A stretch of DNA of 64,000 nt, taken from the NCBI GenBank assembly GCA_951406725.2, contig OX597825.1, positions 8,246,001 through 8,310,000 of the forward strand, written 5' to 3'. Of this stretch, positions 54,870 to 64,000 are shown in pieces. Numbering within the stretch: position 1 is the stretch's first letter; every line of letters starts with the position of its first letter. The translations under genes were made by a program, and so were the position numbers. The notes under the pieces were generated by a model. The model was not told the origin of the DNA, ran no database searches, and worked only from the letters and a program-made list of their open reading frames with translations. Origin of the DNA: Octopus vulgaris. Lineage: Eukaryota.

Positions 54870-55229
54870 GCACACACACACACGAACATTTCCTTTACAT
54901 GTAAATAAATCTTATTTTTACAGAATGACCGAGTGAAACGCAGAATGAGAAAAAGACAGAAAGACAAGAGAAAGAAAGAGAGACAGAAAAGAAGCTTCTA
55001 TAGTAGAAGTTGAAAGACGGAGAGCGTGTGAGAGAGAGAGAGACGCTGATGTTTCCTACCCTATATATACGTTCTATAGATGAAAGTGAAAGAAAGCCAG
55101 CACATCTTTAGCCACTGCATGCTCCGCTTCCCAATCAGTAATAGTCGACAATAAATGGAACGCTTGGTCAGTGAGACACGTCTTTTTTCTACACAGAGCA
55201 GACGTTCAAGCGTTGCAGTTCGATGTGAC

Positions 55230-55600
55230 ATTAGCTTTCAGCAAGATACGGTGGCCTAACCGTGAAATATGATGGCAGTTATGGAAAATGTTCAGCCACA
55301 TCTCTATGACTAGAAGGAATGGCTTTCTCACAAACATTTTGTCGTCGATAATTTTGGGGACACTTTTCGTAACCTGATCACCGTACAGCTCCACTTGGAG
55401 ATTTAAATCAAACCAGAGCACGTAGAGTTGACCACGACCGCACGTCCAGCAACTCACAACGTTGTTGGGTGGCATGAACGGACGGGCATCTCATGGTACC
55501 TATTCGTTTTTCTCCACCTTGCGTACCAAAACCCAACAAATCACTATCTCTCGTTGGAGAACCTGGTGTCGCTAACTTTGCATTACCCCTGCAATACGAG
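55230..55600 (+). mobile_element. Possible highly decayed Gypsy-type integrase remnant
   Basis: GC-richer block; IRWP, TTARPATHNVVGWH and SLENLVSLTLHYP occur in the order of the integrase motifs TRWPE, TTAYHP..NG.VE and SPAELV.G..L..P. Confidence 0.3.
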
Positions 55601-57158
55601 CAAGAGCGAGACGAATAGACCTATGACCTCTCTGCAGCAAGCATCTACTGGCTATTGTACCCCGTTTAAATATGACCTGAACTCCGCTTAACTCCTTATC
55701 CTCTGGTAATTAATATCTTAATTCAAATTGTCGAATCCATAACAATGACTGGCAAATCCTTTTATGAATTTCTCACTTAAAGCTTTCGTTCTTTGCATTA
55801 AATAGTAAAGTAGTACAAATAATCCGTAAATACCCGTGTATATTGGACAGCGGAAATGATATTTCCGCAGCGGAAATGATATTTATAATGAGATTTATGT
55901 TTAAGCCAACTTAAACCTAATGCAATTTAATGCAAGTCAGTCTCCTTTAAATTCTTTGACAATCGCAAATCCTTCCCCACCTTTCTCCCAATGGACAACG
56001 ATACAGGTACTTCACTTCTGTTTTAATTCTCCTTTCGCCTCATAAATTTTCATACGAGAGTTTCCTATTTCTTCTTAGTATCACATAATGTGATAAATAT
56101 TAGGAAATACTATTATAACTGGTAAGTGATAAATACGAAACATATTATAGTGATATAAATAAAAAGAAAATATCAGTTATCTCCTTGAAAGATAGCGAGA
56201 ACTATATAATAATTGTATGCAAAGCATCCTCAAGACACGGTCATCTATGTTTAATATATTTCCTGACGAAACTAAGGAGCCAATGATAAAAAGAAATGTA
56301 GTTCTCGTGCGACAGTGTAAGAACCAACTGTAAAGACTGGATGTTTTTTTTGAGACAGATTTCCACCACAAACACCTTCCCAGCTGATGCAATTAAAAGC
56401 AAGAAATGATGCGAGGATATGTAAAAAAAAAACATCCTGAGAAAAGCAGAATAGACAACATAGCTTTATATAGATGGCATTCTTCTTTGTGAAAGATCAG
56501 TTGATCCACTTTGCTCTTTCTTCTTATCTTTGTATTTATAAACTATTTTCGATTCATCTTCATCCCGATATTATATGTTTGTTTATTGGGGAAATCAGAG
56601 TTGTTGGGGGAATCAGAGTCCATTGACATTTATAAATGAAAATGAAAACATGACTTTGCTGTAGTTTTGATTTTGTCTTCTTTTTGTTGGCGGTTTGTAA
56701 ATATGGCTGTACTTCTTACTGGTGTACTTTGTATTTTAATGTTGTGATTTATTCTCCCGGAAAACAGAACATCACCACGCAATTACTTATGCCACTGAAA
56801 TACCTCAAATTTTTCCGACTGACATACTCCGATACTATGAAAATCTAAATCTGAAATTTATAAATGTTATATTCAACACCACTTTGTAGCCGGAGAATCT
56901 CTATTCAAATCGAAAGCAATTTCCGTAAGAATGAGATCGAAATTCTACTAATAGCTTCTTACTCAAATGTACTAACATGTATAGAACGTTGAGCTTTTAT
57001 TTTTTATAATTAATACTAACATCCAGTGTGTCTTTGCGCCTAAATACACTAGATCAGTATTTGGTGGAAACTAGTTATTATTTACAGCCAAATGTGTTCT
57101 TTTTAATCTTTTCGTTATCGCTAAACACTGCCATCTTACATTCTTTTATTTTGGTGAT

Positions 57159-57574
57159 AGGCGCAGGAGTGGCTGTCTGGTAAATAGCTTGTTTACCAAC
57201 CACATGGTTCCAGGTTCAGGCCCACTGCGTTGCACCTTGGGCAAGTGTCTTATACTATAGCCTCGGGCCGACCAAAGCTTTGTGAGGGGATTTGGTAGAC
57301 GGAAACTGAAAGAAACCCGTCGTATATATATGTATATGTGTGTGTGTGTGTGCGTGTATGTTTGTGTTTGTCCCCCTAGCATTGCTTGACAACTGATGCT
57401 GGTGTGTTTATGTCCCCGTCATTAGTGGTTCGGCAAAAGAGACCGATAGAATAAGTACTGGGCTTACAAAGAATAAGTCCCGGGGTCGAGTTGCTCGATT
57501 AAAGGCGGTGCTCCAGCATGGCCGCAGTCAAATGACTGAAACAAGTAAAAGAGTAAAAGAGAGAGTAAAGAGTA
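57159..57574 (+). mobile_element. Full-length group A tRNA-derived SINE
   Basis: Same structure as 51477-51897; possible TSD TGGTGATA at 57152-57159 and 57581-57588. Confidence 0.93.
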
Positions 57575-58528
57575 TACTCCTGGTGATACTCAAATATTGT
57601 CATTCCTAACGCTATTGATCGCCATTCCGTACCTGACCACATTCACATTCACATCACTTATACTACTCTAATGATAGAGGCAATGTTGTTCATGATTATA
57701 CAATTTTCGGGCAAAATAATGATTTGACGATACGAAATATATTATAACCAGCTGTGCAGCCGGTATTTACAGTTGTAACTAATGCAGTGACGCCACAAAT
57801 TTTGTAATGGCTGTTTTCTATAGCAAATTCCTTTTCAATTTACAATGGTGTTGTTGACATGTTTGGGAAAATTGTCAGGTTACCAAAATAAGAAATTATG
57901 AAAAATGAATGTATCTCCCTTTCGAAATGAGATAACAGAAATTCTAAACTTAGTCATAGGAATTCTACAACATATGGCGCTCACATTTGGTGTAGCTTGT
58001 TTGAGAACAATATTAATGGTTTCTGGTCGATACACAAATACACATCATTTCTATGAGGAATGTTATCAGTGTTTTCGGCTACTGTGATTCACGGATATTT
58101 GGATATTTTATCAACCTCTAAAAAAAGTGAACTCTAAGGGATCTGAAATCCTAACTTAGAGAGATAACAAAATAATACTGTAAATACAACGCTATAACAA
58201 TTGTGATTCACCATAAAATAGTTTTTCTTAATTCAGGAACAAAATGAAAATGTATTTTAAGGGAAATGTTAGCATATTAAAACGGCTTGCATCCTTGACT
58301 AGTGCATTATTTTATCGACCTCAATTTGATGAAAGAGGAATGTGAATCCTTGTAGGATTAGAACCCGTAATGTAGTGCTGGCGATTATGTATCAAAGCTG
58401 ATTTCTGACGCTGTAACGTTTCACTCAACTTGTCTTCTCTCTATGAATTTATAATTAAGATCATTCCTCACATTTTTTAAACAGAAAGTCAATCTCGTAA
58501 ACACAATACACCACATTAATCTATCTAC

Positions 58529-58596
<68 letters not shown>

Positions 58597-59977
58597 ATAT
58601 CAATCAATCTATCTGAATGTATGTCTGTCTGTCTATGTCTGTGTGTCTGTCTATCTGACTATCTCTCGGTCTATCTATCTATGTCTGTCTATCTGCTTGT
58701 CTGACCGCCTTCCTCTCTCTCGGTGTTAAATATTATACAACACATTCAGACACAAATATTTGAACAAATTCCAAATAACATATGCACATTGTACGCGTGT
58801 ATGTATCTGTGTGTGTATCTTTGTATGTATATGCTTTATCCATTCGTGTGTGTGCTTTGTTATTCTCTTCGTACACAGAAAAATTGTTTTTGTAAGAAAT
58901 ATAGTTATTTTCAGCTTGCGCTGTGCTACCGCAAGGAATTCATTAGTTTCATAGACGTATTACTCAAAAACAAACACACAAAGTTTGGTTAATTTCTTTC
59001 TTACATAATATGCTATACTTTCTGCGTATTATTAGATCGGAATGCCTCTTACGACCACTGCATTACAACATGTAAATATGTTGAAGCAAATGTGTATTTA
59101 CTATCAAATATTAGTTTCAAATACTAAATTTTCATTGACTTTATACATACAGTATATCACAACGGAAATTATATGTATCTTAGAGGTGAATGTACACATA
59201 AACAAGTCTTATATAAGAAATATCTTAAATATACAGTGAAGCAGATAAGGATATAACGAGTGATTGCCTTCGTATATTAGGAAAAATATGGATCCAGATT
59301 ATTTAGGAATGTGTGCAGAGTGCAATAAGTCAATTTCTATTTTTTCATAGAATGATTTAGAAACGAATAATAAATTAGGTGTTCACTGGTAGCATATTCT
59401 TCGCATTTTGTTTATATTTCGCTGTGATCATTTTGTCATACCATCCTCCTAGTATTTCATATTTTGAGAGCTTGGTGGCATTCCTAACGCTAAGCACTCT
59501 CTTTCGGCCTCTGTTCCACCCAGCGCAGCAATTCTGTCAAAATACGGGTGCTGGAAATAAACATCAAGAAAAGAGTCCACCTGTAAAGGAATGGCTAGAT
59601 ATAGTAGCCTCACCACATGCTTTCAGATTATTAGCCCGGATATACCTAGCTCCTTATTTCTATCAGCGGATCTTGGCAACAATTGGAACCTATGACCAGT
59701 GGAATACTCGTAAAAGGTAGAGCAGTTTTCTTCGTAAGTGAAAAGTGGATTGGTGGAATACCCAACCGAATAGAAGATGAAGTCTATGTAGTGATACCCC
59801 AAGTGAGACCAGCCTGACTTTTTCGAGATTACTTTTGTCTCGGTTCATTTCTGCGTAAGTGTGGCCACTGTGCTCGTCACCTCGGACCAGTTCTTTCTCT
59901 GGAGAGACGAGCAATATCGAACCACGAGCAATTTCCCCGGCCCATCCGTCCAACGGACAACAACTCTGTTGGGCGGC

Positions 59978-60164
<187 letters not shown>

Positions 60165-60165
<1 letters not shown>

Positions 60166-60735
60166 TTCTCATTGCACAGCTTCTAATGCGGGAGATTTAC
60201 TACGGTGCTAGTTGTTCACTGCCTCTGAACTAAGGTAACACCCCTTATTTGTCGAATACCATCCGGAGTATTCGAGTGGTTACAGGCAGTGTTGTTTTCT
60301 GCAAGTGTTCCACCGTTATTGCAGACCTTATTTGTTCCAGGTACAAGATTATTGCTCAGTTTCCATGGCCCCGACAATTATTAGTACTTCTGCCACCTTT
60401 TTCATCGACCACAACTACTAAACTTCCCAAGCTAACCTGTCATATCTATCGACTTTTCTTTCTTCCTTATCGGATAACCTGTCAGCTGGGCATGCTATAT
60501 ATATGATCCAGCATCGTTTGCTTTCTTTCTCAATTAATACTGTCTTATTTCCTATGGTCTATCTCACTGAATCACAGAATTCCATAGGATCTTTGCATTA
60601 CCAATTTCAAGGATGACTTCTGGTTTATGTTCATACAACTTCTTTGCTCTGTCAAGTCCATACTTGTTGCAAAGTGTCCAATGGACGATCCTTGCTATAT
60701 TGTCATGACGTCTGTTATATTTTTCTGGGCTAGTA
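60165..60735 (-). mobile_element. R4/Dong LINE 3' end with restriction-like endonuclease remnant
   Basis: Minus strand LAQKKYNRRHDNIARIVHWTLCNKYG...YEHKPEV...KILWN, IACP...DKEERKVDRYDRLAWEV and EHLQKTTL..TTRILRMVFDK*; 3' UTR then an (AAT/AAC)n tail. Confidence 0.88.
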
Positions 60736-60739
60736 GCCC

Positions 60740-60787
60740 ATTATTATTATTAGTAGTAGTATTATCATCATCATCATCCTCATCATT

Positions 60788-60837
<50 letters not shown>

Positions 60838-60868
60838 TCTTCTTCTTCTTCTTCTTCTTCTTCTTCTT

Positions 60869-60949
<81 letters not shown>
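60740..60949. repeat. Compound (TCA)n(TTC)n(TTA)n microsatellite
   Basis: Seen directly. Confidence 0.95.
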
Positions 60950-61471
60950 GAGCGAGCGAGCAGAGCATGCCATCAAAGTGACACTGGGGTAAAATATACG
61001 AAGCCCAGTATACCCATCATGACTACCCGTCTGATAAGGGTACACCAGGCACATGCATCACAACCATATGTGCGCGACATGGTGATCTCATATCAAGATA
61101 AACAGCACATGACCTTGCAGGTGGAGCCCAGTTAGAATTTTCTTCAGATCGAGTAACCCATCCCGCTCAAAAGGTCCCTGAATAAGGGTTGTTTAAGGAC
61201 GTTGAACGAAACACCCATGTTTCCAGAGGTGATTTATTCAAACCCCAAAGAATCCTTCTCAACACATGGCTATGATGCTCCCCCACTACTTCTGCTCGTG
61301 ATCAGAGATGCACATATCGTCAGCCACTAAGGGACATGCTCAACTGGTTAAGGTCAAACAACTGACAAGCAAATCTTTGGTATTGAGCAGAATATTTGCT
61401 GTCGGGAATTTACGGGACGGACCGCGTCGCCGCATCGAACGCCAGCACCTCGCGACATCGGTCGCGACTAC

Positions 61472-61472
<1 letters not shown>
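60950..61472 (-). mobile_element. About 520-bp non-coding element inserted in (TAA)n, probably a non-autonomous R4/Dong-dependent element
   Basis: Flanked by pure (TTA)n on both sides; no coding signature; CpG-rich hairpin-forming end at 61402-61472. Family and strand are inferred. Confidence 0.5.
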
Positions 61473-61554
<82 letters not shown>

Positions 61555-62121
61555 ATTATTATTATTATCAAAGCAGTTGTTAGGGATTTTATCATCATCA
61601 TCATCATTGGAGTTGCTCTTATTTTTTTTATCAACAAACGTTTCCTTTACAAGTCCGTATTATTCATAGCAACATATGTCCAGGGTATATGGGGTTAATC
61701 CGGTCCTCAAAAATGGATTGAGATGCAAGATTATATCGAAAACTGATTACAATAAACATATGCTAACAAATCGATTGAAACGTTTCTTATGTATTCATCG
61801 AACAAGTGGACCGTTTGTCATATTTTATTGCTGCCACTGATGTTTATACCGAATCGGCTCTTGAGTCAAGTAAAATTGGAACGTCAAAGGATTATCATCG
61901 TAGCCTTTCTATAATGAAGGTTTATAAGATTTTATGGGACTGTTAACTTAATTAAAACGTATTCCCCATTACTGCCGACGAAATACACTGCTCTGCACTG
62001 AAGCACAATCAAGAATTTCCCATTGATTTTCATATGGATTCCCAGCGAAAAGTGTACGCTTTTCTTCTCAGTCTAATCAATATCTGTTAGCTCCTTTGAA
62101 ATCGAATAATATTACAATACT

Positions 62122-63090
62122 TATTTCTTTATTACCCACAAGGGGCTAAACATAGAGGGGACAAACAAGGACAGACATAGGTATTACGTCGATTACATCG
62201 ACCCCAGTGCGTAACTGGTACTTAATTTATCGACTCCCGAAAGGATGAAAGGCAAAGTCGACCTCGGCGGAATTTGAACTCACAACGTAACGGCAGACGA
62301 AATACCTATTTATTTACTGACCACAAGGGGCTAAACACAGAGAGGACAAACAAGGACAGGCATAGGTATTACGTCGATTACATCGACCCCAGTGCGTAAC
62401 TGGTACTTAATTTATCGACCCCGAAAGGATGAAAGGCAAAGTCGACCTCGGCGGAATTTGATTTCGCAACGTAACGGCAGACGAAATACCAATTTCTTTA
62501 CTAACCACAAGGGGCTAAACACAGAGAGGACAAACAAGGACAGACGTAGGTATTACGTCGATTACATCGACCCCAGTGCGTAACTGGTACTTAATTTATC
62601 GACTCCGAAAGGATGAAAGGCAAAGTCGACCTCGGCGGAATTTGAACTCACAACGTAACGGCAGACGAAATACCTATTTATTTACTAACCACAAGGGGCT
62701 AAACATAGAGGGGACAAACAAGGACAGACATAGGTATTAAGTGGATTATATCGACCCCAGTGCGTAACTGGTACTTAATTTATCGACTCCGAAAGGATGA
62801 AAGGCAAAGTCGACCTCGGCGGAATTTGAACGCACAACGTAACGGCAGACGAAATACCTATTTCTTTACTAACCACAAGGGGCTAAACACAGAGGGGACA
62901 AACAAGGACAGGCAAATGGACTAAGTTGATTATATCGACCCCAGTGCGTAACTGGTACTTAATTTATCGACTCCCGAAAGGATGAAAGGCAAAGTCGACC
63001 TCGGCAGAATTTGAACTCAGAACGTAACTGCAGACGAAATACGGCTACGCATTTCGCCCGGCGTGTAAACGTTTCTGCCAGCTCGCCGCC
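62122..63090 (-). mobile_element. Group B SINE multimer: one head plus five tandem 184-185-bp body/tail units
   Basis: CCACAAGGGG recurs at 62136, 62321, 62505, 62689 and 62873; single head GGCGGCGAGCTGGCAG at 63090; ACAATACT at 62114-21 and 63095-102 (candidate TSD). Confidence 0.93.
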
Positions 63091-63446
63091 TTGCACAATA
63101 CTCTTATAGTGCCCCCCTACATCTGTACACTTTTCCGAACGCCCGATCTTTTCTGCGTCGGTAGTCCTGCATCGTAATTTATCGCCAGTGGCGTCGACTT
63201 AAAACTATTTAAGCGACATAAAAATTCGTGGCCGTCACTCGTTTGAAAGTGTCTGCGATAGCTATGAACACAATATCCCCCCCATCTATCTATCTGGCAG
63301 CCCTTTTCGTGTAATTAAACTGAGAAGTATGACTGGACATGGGAACGTTTCACTGGAACAATAAACTCTACACACAGATATTATATGTTACAGACTTCAG
63401 TCAATGATCAGCCATTTACACCGTAAGCACACGCGCACACACACGC

Positions 63447-63480
<34 letters not shown>

Positions 63481-63519
63481 TTACAACTATATACATGCAT
63501 ATATATATACATACACACA

Positions 63520-63780
63520 TATATGTATGCATATATATGTATACATACATAAATACATACATACATATATACATATAGGCACACACACACACATATATAT
63601 ATATACATATATACATATATATGCATGTATGCATATATATGTATACACACATAAATACATACATACATATATACATATAGGCACACACACACACATATAT
63701 ATATATACATATATACATATATATGCATGTATGCATATATATGTATACACACATAAATACATACATACATACATACATAT
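63520..63780. repeat. 102-bp higher-order tandem repeat of microsatellite-derived sequence (about 2.5 copies)
   Basis: The ATAGGCACAC marker recurs at a spacing of 102 bp; a 34-aa period is visible in the ORF track. Confidence 0.85.
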
Positions 63781-63875
63781 ATATACATACATACATACAT
63801 ATATATATGTATACACACATATAAATACATACATACATATATACATACATACATATATATATATATATATGTATG

Positions 63876-63912
<37 letters not shown>

Positions 63913-64000
63913 CTATGAGTGTATGTATACCTGAGTATAAATATAGTTAATACACTGAAATATTCACAATGTCATGCTCGTTGGTAACCCGGCACAGTTT

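Noticed and set aside
59860-59935. HDV-like ribozyme (GTC-ACCTCG-GAC as P3/L3)
   Set aside because: P1 is only 4 bp, the GG for P1.1 is missing and J4/2 is too short; a simple hairpin explains it.
62122-63090. CRISPR-like array
   Set aside because: Units are contiguous 184-bp SINE copies without unique spacers, in a eukaryotic context with no cas genes.

Overview
This is AT-rich, microsatellite-saturated eukaryotic intergenic or intronic DNA. The SINE families and repeat landscape look like an Octopus (cephalopod) genome, which is my inference from recalled repeat sequences. No complete protein-coding gene is supportable: almost all ORF-track entries are translations of (TA)n, (CA)n, (CATA)n, (TATC)n or trinucleotide repeats. 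The recognisable content is mobile DNA: three groups of tRNA-derived SINEs (one as a 5-unit tandem multimer), RTE and R4/Dong LINE fragments, a Penelope-like (GIY-YIG) element with tandem pseudo-LTRs, Tc1/mariner remnants and MITEs. The most interesting signal is a set of type I hammerhead-ribozyme-like motifs from four unrelated short repeat families, read by eye. Their 3-8 core pair covaries (C3-G8, G3-C8, U3-A8), stem III is usually palindromic (dimer-type), and several carry an extra base after A9. Second is a SINE multimer whose junctions join the 3' tail to an internal complementary site, which suggests circular-RNA or template-jump amplification. All structures are hand-folded; no activity is demonstrated.
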